From contig CDROCS010002078.1 of NCBI GenBank assembly GCA_977020255.1, forward strand, positions 124,001 through 188,000: a DNA stretch of 64,000 nucleotides, written 5' to 3'. A model generated the notes under the pieces. The model had not been told where the DNA came from. It did no database searches and worked only from the letters and a program-made list of their open reading frames with translations. A program made the translations under genes and the position numbers. Origin of the DNA: Obrimoposthia wandeli (taxonomy: Eukaryota). Positions 37,368-50,819 of this stretch are shown piece after piece (position 1 is the first letter of the stretch; every line of letters starts with the position of its first letter).

Positions 37368-39877
37368 TGTTAGGTTTGAGAATTAAGAAATTTAAATATT
37401 TTAGTCGATTAAATACTAAAATAAAAATCCTTGAAAGCAAGGTTGAAAATTAAATTAAATATTAATTTTAGTTTTAGAATTGAAATTAGTGGAATTTAGG
37501 GTAAAAATTAGGAGGACCACGAAGGTCGTGTATAATGTGAAATGTATAAAAGTTAGATTAATTAACCCAAAAGTGCAACAAAAGACACATTAACTAAGCA
37601 AAGAAGAAAAAAGGGAACAATATCGAACGTCAATCAAAATCGAACGTCAATCAAGGTAAGCACATTTTCGTGCAGTTAAATTGGAGTGTTTAAAATTAAT
37701 TTTCAGCTGCCGCAAAAGACTCCAGTTGAAACCGCTGTCGACATTGCTGACTGACAGACAGGAGTTGCAGAATCGACTATAAAAGTCGTCGACAAGAAAA
37801 CGAAATACACAACCGGAAAAAGCAATATCCCAATCTACTGAGAAATAGACCACAAAAAACCAAGGAAAACCAACATTGTCCCTAGCAGCAACCAGGTGGT
37901 TTTGTGATAGACTTGGAGATTTAATTATTGATTTAGCAAACTAACTGATTGGGAAATTCTCACGTTTCGTCACACAAGACTTAAAGATCAATCTATCACG
38001 GATTTGGGCAAAGTCGTAACAGCGACATACAAATCGATTCTATTCAACCGAACTCGAACTTAATTTTAGTTTTAGAATTGAAATTAGTGGAATTTAGGGT
38101 AAAAATTAGGAGGACCACGAAGGTCGTGTATAATGTGAAATGTATAAAAGTTAGATTAATTAACCCAAAAGTGCAACAAAAGACACATTAACTAAGCAAA
38201 GAAGAAAAAAGGGAACAATATCGAACGTCAATCAAAATCGAACGTCAATCAAGGTAAGCACATTTTCGTGCAGTTAAATTGGAGTGTTTAAAATTAATTT
38301 TCAGCTGCCGCAAAAGACTCCAGTTGAAACCGCTGTCGACATTGCTGACTGACAGACAGGAGTTGCAGAATCGACTATAAAAGTCGTCGACAAGAAAACG
38401 AAATACACAACCGGAAAAAGCAATATCCCAATCTACTGAGAAATAGACCACAAAAAACCAAGGAAAACCAACATTGTCCCTAGCAGCAACCAGGTGGTTT
38501 TGTGATAGACTTGGAGATTTAATTATTGATTTAGCAAACTAACTGATTGGGAAATTCTCACGTTTCGTCACACAAGACTTAAAGATCAATCTATCACGGA
38601 TTTGGGCAAAGTCGTAACAGCGACATACAAATCGATTCTATTCAACCGAACTCGATCTATCACGGAGCAGAGCTTGTGAACCAGTTCAATTGTTGTTCCA
38701 GTCAGCACTATATCAGCGAATTTTCATTCGGCAATTCAAATTCAGTCAGCCGATCGGTTTTTGTGTTCGATCTCAGTATATTCCGGAACGCTTCAGGATA
38801 TCTCAACCTCGAGACAAAAAACGTAAGAGAGATTACTAAAATTTGTCTCAATTGTCCTAAAGTTGTCATAAAGTTTGACACTAAAATTGTCTCAATTGTC
38901 CTAAAGTTGTCATAAAGTTTGACACTAAAATTGTCTAAATTGTCCTAAAGTTGTCATAAAGTTTGACACTAAAATTGTCTAAATTGTCCTAAAGTTGTCA
39001 TAAAGTTTGACACTAAAATTGTCTAAATTGTCCTAAAGTTGTCATAAAGTTTGACACTAAAATTGTCTAAATTGTCCTAAAGTTGTCATAAAGTTTGACA
39101 CTAAAATTGTCTAAATTGTCCTAAAGTTGTCATAAAGTTTGACACTAAAATTGTCTAAATTGTCCTAAAGTTGTCATAAAGTTTGAAGAGAAGTTTTGTC
39201 TAAATTGCCATAAAAGTTTGAAGAGAAGTTTTTGTCTAAATTGCCATAAAAGTTTGAAGAGAAGTTTTGTCTAAATTGCCATAAAAGTTTGAAGAGAAGT
39301 TTTGTCTAAAATTGCCATAAAAGTTTGAAGAGAAGTTTTTGTCTAAATTGCCATAAAAGTTTGAAGAGAAGTTTTGTCTAAATTGCCATAGTTTTGGTAT
39401 AAAGATAAAAGTTTGCCATTAAAGTTAAATTGGGAATTAAAGTTAGAGTTTGACATAAAAGTCACATTAATTTGAAAATCTATAACTTGAGCTTATTCGC
39501 GAGTTAGAGGAACGACTCTAAAAACTCGATCACCCTTAACATAAAATCGATACGTGGTTCATCCCCACTTGTTGTAGAGACTTACAGAAGTCTTAGGAAT
39601 TTTTACTATACTTTTTAGAAAATACGTACATAAACGTATTGTTGTGTTTTAGTTTCGTGAATTACAAATAAACAATTTCCTACATTAGAACAAGTTGTTT
39701 TTGCACCCTTCAGAATAAGAGACATCAAATCAAATACCTTCAGATAGTACAAGAGATAGGCAACCATAACACTAAGTAGGCCACGACCAACTTTAAGACC
39801 TGCTTCTAATCGAACTCACGTTGGGGCCCTCCGCACTCAAGAGGATCTATACAAAGTTTCGTATAGAAACCCCAACA
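37368..39877 (+). repeat. 3' LTR (2,510 bp) with an internal 598-bp tandem duplication
   Basis: 37462-38059 is repeated at 38060-38657. Five fewer 35/36-bp units than the 5' LTR; 2089+598-177=2510. Confidence 0.97.
39667..39672 (+). terminator. Candidate polyadenylation signal in the 3' LTR
   Basis: AATAAA ~205 bp before the LTR end (17606-17611 in the 5' LTR), followed by a GT/T-rich stretch (GTTGTTTTT). Confidence 0.4.
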
Positions 39878-39917
39878 AATTAATCCATTTTACAAATCAA
39901 AATGAACAATGACAAAA

Positions 39918-40137
39918 TAAAAATAAATTGATTTTAGAATAAAATATCGAATTAAAATAAATTAAGACCTTGAAAAGGTCGTGGGAAATGTGTGTGAAAT
40001 GAGGAGAACAGTGTGAGAAAGAGCCGAGCAAGATAAATCTAGTGGGAGAGGATGAGTGGATTTCGAAAAGGAAGTTGAAATTTAGTTAAGTAAGAAGAAC
40101 GGGAACCTATTAGTCGCGGAACCCAGACTCAATTAGT
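39918..40137 (+). repeat. 220-bp fragment identical to the solo LTR at 14993-15212, in inverted orientation
   Basis: Ungapped reverse-complement match with no mismatch found by eye. Confidence 0.92.
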
Positions 40138-43100
40138 CTGGGACAAGGGGACTCATTTGAGAAAGATTTTGCTGCCTCCGTGATATTCTGCTCAATCTGT
40201 TTCTCAAACTTGTTATTTCGTTTGTTACCCGTAAATAAATAAGATATGCCTCGTGCTGTGTTTATAAATTCTCGATTGCTGTGTCAAAAGGAAATAATCC
40301 TCCCTATAGTCTTTGTTTATACTTTGTATATATCCTAAAAACATTGAATTTAACAAAATTTACCCTAAATTTTTAACTTCATGTATTTCCACGTTTTCTC
40401 TACCTTTTGATTCATTTTGTTGCTCTATTTATATAAATAGAGTACTTAAATGACCTTTTCTTACCATAGATTCAACTGAAACGTCAAATAACACATAAAT
40501 AACTGCGTTTTCATAATTATCTGTGTTAATATTCATTTTCGTTATGGTATTCACTTTGTTTCTCTGTCCTATATATTAAAATGATACACAAAAAAATTTT
40601 CTCGTGCTACATAATCATTGAATTCATTTTTATTTTCACTTATGTTGAATGATAATTTGTATAAGTGTGTTTGTTGTTAATTTAATTTTATTATAGGTTA
40701 TGTTATTAAGTTTAGTACCCATGGTATTCAGTTTGACCGAGTGTATCATAAGCATTCTTTCTTTCTAACACCATTCCAACCAATACAAATCCCATTATCC
40801 ATTTAAAACAATGCTATTTATAGTCGGTACAAACTTCACAAAAGCAGGTGTGCGCTTGAAAACACAACATCTAATTAGTCAAACACACAGGTTAATAAAT
40901 CAATAAATGCACACTCGTGCCTAAATCCAAATTTGACGGATAATTATTGGTTAAAGAGACAACTTTACTATCATAAATATCGCTCATATTACCAGTGATT
41001 TCTGCTTTGTCGCACTTGACAAATTGCCGGGGAAACGGAAAACAACAGTTGTTAGCAAACTCATTGAACAAACACTTGGCAATTGTGTCTTTGAGCCATG
41101 CGACACAGACTTTTATCTCGAGTCTGGCAAACATTGTGTGGTGAGAAATTCAATGGACTAGATTATCTGAATCGGAAGCCATAAATGGAATGGTTAATAT
41201 TTGATGGCATCACATTGTTTGGCGATTTCCATGAATACATTAGGAGTAATGAATTATCTTTTACATATTTTCTTGGCTTATTTTGATCGTCTTAACTATA
41301 TTTGTTTCTAAATATCATAAATTATTATTTGCCATTAGACTAATCGCCTTATCATACTAAGGAAAAATCTCAGTGAATCATTAATACCACAAAAAGCAAG
41401 ATTTATAAGTGAGCCTTTTCCCCAAACATGTTGCTTGGATTCTATACAAATTCGATAATATGTTATTTGACCAATGTAGATTCGTCATGCTTTTGTTCAC
41501 GTTACTTCTTATTTTATTCGTAGCTCGAGCTCTTGTTTTTATTTAGAAAATATTACTTCATCACATTTACCTAACTCTAGGAGGTCTTCATTATTATTGG
41601 ATAATCATCAGTATAAAAAGTTCAAAATCAACTTCATTTTCAGATTCATTTTTATCATTCTCTTAAAATTGCCAAATAAAGTATTTTAATCATTATGAAA
41701 TAGTTTGATGGCTATATTAATTAAAATTTAAAGTATCAGAAACGGAAGATAGATTCATAAATTTTATTAGAAAAACTTACGTTGAATCGCTCTTTATCAT
41801 TTCAACTAAGCTTGTCATGATTATATCATAATTTGTGAACAAAACTGAATACAACATCATTAAAACTCTGATAACACGTTTGAGATTGCACTTGAAGTAG
41901 TAATAAACAGAGACAATAAGATTTGAGATGCAAATAATCTTGGAAAGAGCTGAGTTTAATCAGGAAGTTTGATTGACACTCGATAAATGCACAATTTTAC
42001 CCCATTTCAATGTTACTGACAGACATATCGACAGTTAGCCATCAAGTACTCGAAATATCCAATGTTCTCTCCAAAATGGAACTCACATTTTTGAATAAGT
42101 ATCAATTAAATATAAGTTTGACACAAGTAGTTAATTTGCAACCTCTTAATCGAATAAACTTTAATTAACTGACACTACTGTAGCGTATTAGTGTACTATT
42201 TAAACTAATTACAATGTAATGATTGTTACTTGCACGTTTGTGAAGGCCGTCTTATCAGCCAATACAATTATACACACGGGAATTGAATCAAATTTATAAC
42301 AATCGATATTTTTAGTCTAATCAGATAGTACTACTTAAATGGACAGAACGATTATTGATTGTCAGTATTATTTTATACTTTCGATAATTGACATTTGTTG
42401 GAAATGAAAAATTAGTTTGACGGCAACAAAACATAATTTAAAAACTTCAGATTGTATTCCAACACTATTGAGATGGGATACTTATTTTCTCATGTATAAC
42501 GCTGACAATTGGTAAAATTTCAGGTATCTTTCGTGACATTTGGGGTATTTTTTCACTTTCTATATGCGAGTCGCCTTTGTACTTTTATTATAAGTTTTTT
42601 ACTTCAAAAATTTTTACTACTTGAAATGTAAACTAAATACAAATTGTCAGATAGTACTCAGCAGCCACTGATAAGTGCTGCGGTTATACATATTATAAAC
42701 TACTAAGTTAAGAATTCTGAGATTAAAAAGGTTTCTACGAAAACATTAAATCAATAAAACATAATCTCAAAAAGGAAATGATTTTGTTTTTGCAATAAAT
42801 ATTCCTATCGTTATCAACTGTTTAGGATGAAATTATCGCGAGGTAAATGAGATTGGGAAAATGATAAATATCATATCCAAACCATTTTATATATTTAGCA
42901 TAGTTAATTATCATATCGCTATTTTAAATATAAAATATCATAATATTATTTGTTTAAGTAATTTTTGTATTCTTTATACATTTTTAATGTTTTAAACTTT
43001 GGACACGGGAGTAAAAGGTTTAAATTGGACAACAGGTAAATATGATTTTAAATATTATAGGAATTTGTTTTTGAGAAATATGCATTCAATGGAAATTCGA

Positions 43101-43725
43101 AGTTTAGTTCAGCGACTAAGAAGCAAAGGAAAGTTCTATGCAGAAATTGCTGAAGGATTGGAGACGAGAGAGGATATTTCCCGACATTTATGCAGAAGCT
43201 GGAAGGATTGTAATGCTAAGAGGCCCATAATTCAAACTGCCCCAGATTTATTAAGCATCGATCGAAAGACCTAATGTATAAAACAAAGGATAGCTTTTAA
43301 ATCTTTATAGAAGAGCAAGCAAGAACAGTAGTTACTAAATGGATAACTAATAATCGTGAGGCAGGGGAAGGTAATGGTGTGTGTGATATGTAGGAGAAAC
43401 AAAGCTTTGGCGATATATGAGTCAATGTCGAATTTAGCAATTAAAACTATAAATAAAATGGCCAATCCCTCAATAATTAACATTTCATTCGTTATTTTTT
43501 ATGGGTTGTCATTATAAGTGATTATTTTATCTTTAAGCCTTTTCGATATCTAACGTGTCTTCTCATTTTAATGACATTGAAGAAAAATACTTTTGAAAAC
43601 ATTTGTATATAAATAATTAAATTTCTAATTAAAACTATTATTATGGGGCAGATAATACAATTAAATCAATCTACAACTTACAATTCAATTTCAAAACTGT
43701 AACATTTAACAAAACATAAAATATA

Positions 43726-44586
43726 TTTAATACAGCGCCAATTTATCGATAAGTGTGGTATTATTATTCAAAGACGCTCCACAAATTAGCAACTTTGAGT
43801 AGTTAACTGCAGCATCTTCTCAACAGGAACATCTTTAATACAGCGCCGATTTATCGATAATTGTGGTATTATTATTCAAAGACGCTCCACAAATTAGCAA
43901 CTTTGAGTAGTTAACTGCAGCATCTTCTCAACAGGAACATCTTTAATACAGCGCGAATTTATCGATAATTGTTGTGTTATTATTCAAAGACGCTCCACAA
44001 ATCAGCAACTTTGAGTAGTTAACTGCAGCATCTTCTCAACAGGAACATCTTTAATACAGCGCCGATTTATCGATAATTGTGGTATTATTATTCAAAGACG
44101 CTCCACAAATTAGCAACTTTGAGTAGTTAACTGCAGCATCTTCTCAACAGGAACATCTTTAATACAGCGCCGATTTATCGATAATTGTGGTATTATTATT
44201 CAAAGACGCTCCACAAATTAGCAACTTTGAGTAGTTAACTGCAGCATCTTCTCAACAGGAACATCTTTAATACAGCGCCAATTTATCGATAATTGTGGTG
44301 TTATTATTCAAAGACGCTCCACGAATCAGCAACTTTGAGTAGTTAACTGCAGCATCTTCTCAACAGGAACATCTTTAATACAGCGCCGATTTATCGATAA
44401 TTGTGGTATTATTATTCAAAGACGCTCCACAAATTAGCAACTTTGAGTAGTTAACTGCAGCATCTTCTCAACAGGAACATCTTTAATACAGCGCCAATTT
44501 ATCGATAATTGTGGTGTTATTATTCAAAGACGCTCAACGAATCAGCAACTTTGAGTAGTTAACTGCAGTATTTTCTTTACAGGATT
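43726..44586. repeat. 108-bp tandem minisatellite (8 units)
   Basis: TACAGCGC recurs exactly every 108 bp from 43731 to 44487. Stops are present in all six frames of the unit. Confidence 0.95.
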
Positions 44587-46796
44587 CTTATGTAGATTCC
44601 TATTATGTGATATCCTTATATAGAATGTCCAGATGTTACACCCTTGACTCCAGTTACTTATATCAGATTACAAATTTACTTCTATAAATTTTCAATAAAA
44701 GAAAAACTTCCTAAAAACACTCGCGCGTGTGCAGTTGCTCATCACCAATCAGAGCCAAGAAAACAGACCAGACTGATTATCCAGATGACAGATTCCAATT
44801 TGCCCATTATAACAATCAGACAAGTTACTTTCAATGTGGGCTTTTTATATGGTTACTCCCGTAACTTGTCGTATTTCTGAGACTTTTCTGTCGTCATTTA
44901 GAATGATGATTTTCAATAACAATATGTCACAAAAATTCCCAGAAAAATGCATTGTTTATTCTAATAAAAGAAATCTTTCTTACCATAATCAAAGCTTTTA
45001 GATGTGCTGCCTTTGTTGTAGATAAATTGGAAATTTGTGTTATCAAAACTGCTTTGTCAATTAAGCAAGGTTCCTCTTTTCTTAATGGCATAATTTTTAT
45101 TACCGTATTTATCCACTTATTGCCACCTCCTAAACCTAATATATTTCTATAATATGCTGAGGGAAGAGAAAATATAATTTCAAAATTAACATAAAGGAAG
45201 AAATGAATATTATATTTCTTAATAGTCGCTTCGATTGATAAAGCATAAATCGAAAAAGGACCAAGAATCGAACCCTGACGAACATCGCATTTCTGTATTC
45301 ATGATCTTTGACTGTGTATAGAATTATTACAGATTATTTGCGCAAAATTAAATAATTTTAACCTAATTCAGCTCTTTTCCTTTGATTACAATATTCGCAA
45401 AATCTTATAATACTATTTCATGAATAACAGTGTCAAATGTTGCAGATAAATCTAGAAGTATCATTACACATTCTCCATTGTTGATAGATTTTGATAAAAA
45501 TATTTTACACAAAATGTTCCAAAATTAAATAATAATAATTTTGATTTTGTTGTTTTAATTTTAGATATCTAAAAGTGCCAGTTAAAAGGAAATACATCGA
45601 GACAAGCCTATCAGACATACGCAAAGTCATTGAAGATTTAAATAATGATGTATATATTAGAGCTATAGCTCAAAAATATGAACAGCTATTGGGATAGTAT
45701 TAAAATAAAAATCTAAACCATAATAATATAGAAAAAATTCTGAAACATGAACCAATTACAATTAGGGGACTTTCCAGGCAAACCAGAAGTTCTACTACAC
45801 CTGACTCATCTGAACGACGATGTGAACAATGATGGACAATTTATGCATACGTAGTATTGATATTTTGTAGCGTGTATTTTAGCTACTTATATTACATATG
45901 TATAAATGAACTATATTGTACTTTTGTTTTTTTTCGGGATTAATTGTAATCATTATGATCACGTTATGAAAAGAAAATATTTATGTGTAATATTTTTACT
46001 TTCTTGTACTTTGTATTTATTTTTTTTATTGTAAAATTGTATCATGGTTAATATTTCTTGTCACGGCTAGAATGAAAATATGTTCTATAATATAAGCTAT
46101 ACATGAAATCACATACAATACCTTGTTTGTGTGTGTATGTGTGTGCTTATCTTTTTATCACCGTTGATTTGAGTTATCACGGTTAGTTTTAAAGTTAGCG
46201 TGCGAAATCCTATAGTAAATCTATTTTATTTTACATAAACTTTCAATAATGTTTTATAGGTGATGCACAACTCTGACAATTATCACCGTTGAGTTGAGCT
46301 AGGATGGACGTATTTATAATTGATTTGGAGTTGCCAGATCTAATCATATTCCAACATCTAGAGAATATAAAGCCTCAAATATATGGCATGAATCAGATTG
46401 CAAGATCTTTCAAAACTCTCAAAGTGTTTAATTCCTAATAGAGCATCGATTAATCTTGAAAATTTATTTTAACGTTCGTTTTTTTTAATATCATAAAGGA
46501 GCGTACTCATTTTTTAAAGATTTTTTCCCAAAAATATTATATATTTATATTCAATAAAAATTTGACTTTCAATTTCATATAATTAACTGTGTGTTTTATT
46601 ATGATTTTGTGAAATCCCTAGTTTCCCTACAGATATAAACATATTCCAGAACTTTTAGTCAACAATAAAAGTTCTGCTGTTTGTTGTTTAAAGTTAACAC
46701 CTGATAATTGTAATAAGAGATCTGAAATTTGAGTGTGAACATATTCAAAACAATATGAAAATAATAACTGCTTTGACTCAATTGTTGTTGCTGCAG

Positions 46797-46982
46797 AATC
46801 TTCAAGGCTCCATTACCATAATCGTGGCTAGAAAGGAGAGGCCATGTGACAACTCAAATCCGAACTGGGATGACCTTGGCAGTCATGAGGACAACAGCGC
46901 GGTGATGCCTCTCAATGCTAACAATCTGTTTGCTCTTGAGAACAGTCTCGGTCAGTCTGATGGGGTTGTATCCACGGAGAAG
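46797..46982 (+). CDS. LNX: Host LNX-like PDZ gene, exon (end of PDZ2 plus linker)
   Basis: CAG|...|GTGGGT, phase 0/0. NLQGSITIIVAR...VVSTEK aligns with the recalled LNX2 VNLTIAR...VTCQEK. Confidence 0.75.
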
Positions 46983-47632
46983 GTGGGTGGCTCTTTTTTC
47001 AACTCCACTTCCCCTTAAAGGAGCAGATATCTGAACTAACAAGGGAATTCTTCAAACCCCAACAGTGAAAATTGAATCAAAGTTCGACAAATTGATAATG
47101 GAAAATATTAAATATCCAATGGCTTTTCTATGTGAGCTCAAAATAGGTCTGTTTTAGGCAAACAAATTGGTAGAAATTTCTGATATTTAATACATTTCTG
47201 ATATTGGAAATTTTACAATATTTAAATTTATTTTATATTACAAATTTGATATATTTGCAAATTTATTTTATCATGTTAACAAAGGTTTTATACAGTTAAC
47301 CATCGCTTCACATTGTGTATATTTCGGGATCCGAGGGAAAGTATGGTCCAATTTAAAGAATGCTGAAACTAAACACACTTTTTTTTCAAATTGGTAAAGT
47401 ATAAAAATGTTAAAAATAATTTAAAGAAATTCTTAATTTGTTTTTTAAATCAATTGTATTATAAATTATTGATATTATTCGAATAATTTCTCCTAGCAAT
47501 TTCTGAAATAATGAAGGAAAAACAATTTTAAAGAACTTTAGATGAAAAATCGATTGATTACTCTAAATATTTCCCTCTTTTGATTTTTAGTTAATGATAA
47601 AAACTGATTTAAAACTTCTATCGCTTCATATG

Positions 47633-47760
47633 CTTCAAAAACCTTTACTTTTCCTCTTCAAAACTTTTACTTTTTCACTTCAAAAACCTTTACTTTTCCT
47701 CTTCAAAACTTTTACTTTTCCACTTCAAAAATCTTTACTTTTCCTCTTCAAAAACCTTTA
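47633..47760. repeat. 22/23-bp tandem array (~5.5 units, alternating)
   Basis: CTTCAAAA(A)C(C/T)TTTACTTTT(C/T)C(T/A) units. Confidence 0.9.
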
Positions 47761-48179
47761 AGAAAATCGTATTGTTTTAACCTGATATATTTTGTCACAA
47801 AGTCATTTTAAAACAATTACATTTTTTTATTTCAAATTATATTTCTTTATTTGAACTTCTTCCTTATTAAATTAGTATAATTAAATTATTATTAAAGTAA
47901 AAATATAACGAAACGGATTGAAAATTCTAAAAAATCCTCATGTAAGAATATCAGCAATATTTTGAAAAAATTAATTTTATATTAATTTATTCAGAAATTT
48001 CTTAATATTGCAATAACTTTTGTTAAAATACTATAATAAATTTGCTCCGGACAAATATGTACCAAAAATAGCTACATGTTGTAAAACACTCTCACGAAGA
48101 TATGTGGAAGAAAGTTGTAAAAGCATAGTTGACTCAACACACCCACTCGATGATTAGTCAGAACTTTCATCTCCTAATA

Positions 48180-48479
48180 CAGAGTTCCCAAACTGTGTTC
48201 CACAGAACCCTAGGGTTCCGCCAAAAAATTAGGGGTTCCGTCGGCTTTTTATTTATTTATATTATCTAACATTTTGTTTGTTCTATTATATGATTTACGT
48301 ATTTTTCAATGTATACGATATTTTTTAAAAGTTCCATGAAAGTTTCAAAGTCCTATGTTCTCATTATTCTCATTAGAGTTTGATAAAACTGGCTTCATTC
48401 ATAACAAATAAAAAGGGGCTCCGCAAGCTATGCAAAACTTTTTAAGGGTCCCACGGCTAAAAAGGTTTGGGAACCCCAG
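48180..48479. mobile_element. hAT (Charlie-like) MITE, 300 bp
   Basis: Imperfect TIRs CAGAGTTCCCAAACT and AGGTTTGGGAACCCCAG; 8-bp TSD TCCTAATA/CCCTAATA (7/8); subterminal GGTTCCG motifs. Confidence 0.7.
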
Positions 48480-49959
48480 CCCTAATACATAATCAATATC
48501 ACTGTCAATAAAACATGAGAAGCTGTTGTCAAGGGATTTAGAGTTAAAATGATTTACAATTCACTCACAAATTAATCCTCACGAAGTTCTTTCCATATTG
48601 CCAATTGTTTTATTAGAAGGGCTGGTTCCTCGCTTCACATATTCGTTGCTTGAAAACCAATCCATACACTCATCCATATTCCACGGCATACTTATCCCTT
48701 TCGTAAAAGGCTTAACTTATGATTGAAATTACATTTACTGACTCAAAAGCATAATTTGTTGTCCTGCAAAGCACATGGACACATCATCCATATTGCCTAT
48801 TCTTTCCAATTATCCAGCAGGTTTTGGCCGGTTTACACCAGTGTACGTATTGAAAGTCTATTTATGTAAAGAAGATTAAAATACATCTTTCAACAGGCTT
48901 TAAAACTATCATTAAATATTTTTTTGCAATTGCGTGCACTTTTAATTTAATATGACTAGCGGATATCCCCCTACCTTCTTTTCCTAACTCAAAAATTCAT
49001 TATTTTAACATACTTTTGAATTGAGGTCAGCTTGGTTTGGTCTCTCGCTGTGCTATTTTTGAGGGATCAGGGGGGCATTTTGCAATTACATTTATTTTAC
49101 ACCATTTATTTAATACTATATATAATTTTATGGGTGGGTAAGTTGCTTCGAAAATATAATTATTTGTGTGTACGAATTATAATCAGGAAGTTAAGATAGT
49201 TATATTAAGTAATACGTACGATCTGTTACGAAAATATGAAATGCTTGTATTGATTTCTAATCGATCCCATTGTCGCAAATGTGGGCCGAGTAATTCCGCT
49301 TGCCGTTTAGAAAGATTCAAATCTCTTACTAATCATTTAACTGACTCTGATTTATTTCATAATAGCATTTTCTTCCGATTTAAAAATCTTACAAAGTACA
49401 GTAATAATCTAATTAAATAGGGATACAAATATTTAAAATCCATCTTTTGACTTAAGTAATCATTAAAATTATTTTTGGTAATCAGGATGAAAACTTTACT
49501 AAAATTTATTTTTGTTAGAGGATAAATTTTCATATTAAGCAGTATTTTATTATAATTTAGTGCTGAGATATAATTCTACCACGTCTAAATTTATTAGGGA
49601 GAATTATTAATACCAAAAATCTGTACTATTTTGCAAAATTTCTAATTTTAAAATATTGAAATGGAATTTGGGAAACATGCGTAGAGATGAACTTTAATTT
49701 TCTTCCCCTAATTTTGAAAATTCACAAACGTGGTGGTGGCCTATTGCGGAAATGATGGATTAGTTGTTGTTGATGATGTTCTGGGCACATTGGAAGTGGC
49801 ATTCCAAATTCAACGGAGTCATCTACAGCTAATTCTTCAAAAAATACAGCTCCCGTATTCGATGGCACTTCTAAAAGAAGCAAGCAAAATAAAGGGAAGT
49901 TAAGTGGATCTGTGCCAATGTAAAGCTGATTTTTTGTAATGATCATTGTCAACCTCAAA

Positions 49960-50110
49960 ACATTTATGGGAATTCTATTACTTTCTAGCTATCATAAATT
50001 GCCTTCAGAAAGACTATTGGTCAAATTATGAGGACCTAGTGAGTTCAGGTTATGACTGCTTTACTCGATGACTCAAAATTCATTAAAGAAATTTGGAATT
50101 TTTGAAGAAT
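49960..50110 (+). pseudogene. piggyBac-like transposase fragment
   Basis: FMGILLLSSYHKLPSE.DYWS..EDL resembles the piggyBac GILxLSGYxxLPSxxxYWS motif. Short and frameshifted. Confidence 0.45.
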
Positions 50111-50819
50111 GTGTTACGGTAGAGGCAATGACAGTTTGCTACTATGGACAAAAATCTTTTGAATTTTTAAAGAGGGTATGCAATTTACTATTTTTTACAA
50201 AAGTCTCTTAATATTGTTTTTCTATTTTTATTTTGTAAAATAGAGTACACTTAAAACGAAGGTAAGGTCATGAAAAGCCAATAATTTGAATTAAAAAACG
50301 GCCAACAGATAAGCACAAATGTCTGAATTCCCACAATTAAATAACTTAAGTTTAACAATAAGAAGTGCAATAAGTTTATATTTAATATTTAGTATTTTCC
50401 TAAATTAGAAAATATACTGAAGTATAGACTGAATTATGAAAATATTGTTTCAGAAATATGACCTCTTGAATTGAATTTAATGTTTGTGACTACTTTATGG
50501 ATTTTTAACACCAATATCGATTGGCCTGAGAGATGCAAAAGGTCAAAGGTATTTTTATTGTTAATAGTTCAGCTGTTCGTGTGGAATTGGAAACTTGTAT
50601 TAAATATGCTCACTCATGTCTAACTTTCGTTAAAAATCTCCCTTTTTCAAAATGCTTAATTGTCATATTTACTGTTAGATCTGTGACTCATATTTTAACA
50701 CAATTAAAATACACAGAGTAGTTTTAAAAGGTTCTCATATATATATATCCATAAAGATACAACATGTAATATGTTATTCAGGTGTAAATCAGTTCTTCTG
50801 CTTGTAATTGGTGGACATG

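Larger units (their letters stand above)
15728..39877 (+). mobile_element. Giant (24,150 bp) Ty3/Gypsy-type LTR retrotransposon with env-like gene and extensive cargo
   Basis: Paired LTRs TGTTAGG...CCCCAACA, 4-bp TSD AATT (15724-15727, 39878-39881), PBS, and PR-RT-RH-IN order. Gypsy-type RT motifs (KDGKMRFCIDFRELN, LDLQSGYWQI, YIDD) and an integrase GPY motif. Confidence 0.97.

Noticed and set aside
43271-45152. Possible antisense host exons (hydrophobic ORF 43271-43483; exon-like 44975-45145)
   Set aside because: Splice-like ends are present, but no consistent gene model or recognisable protein could be assembled.
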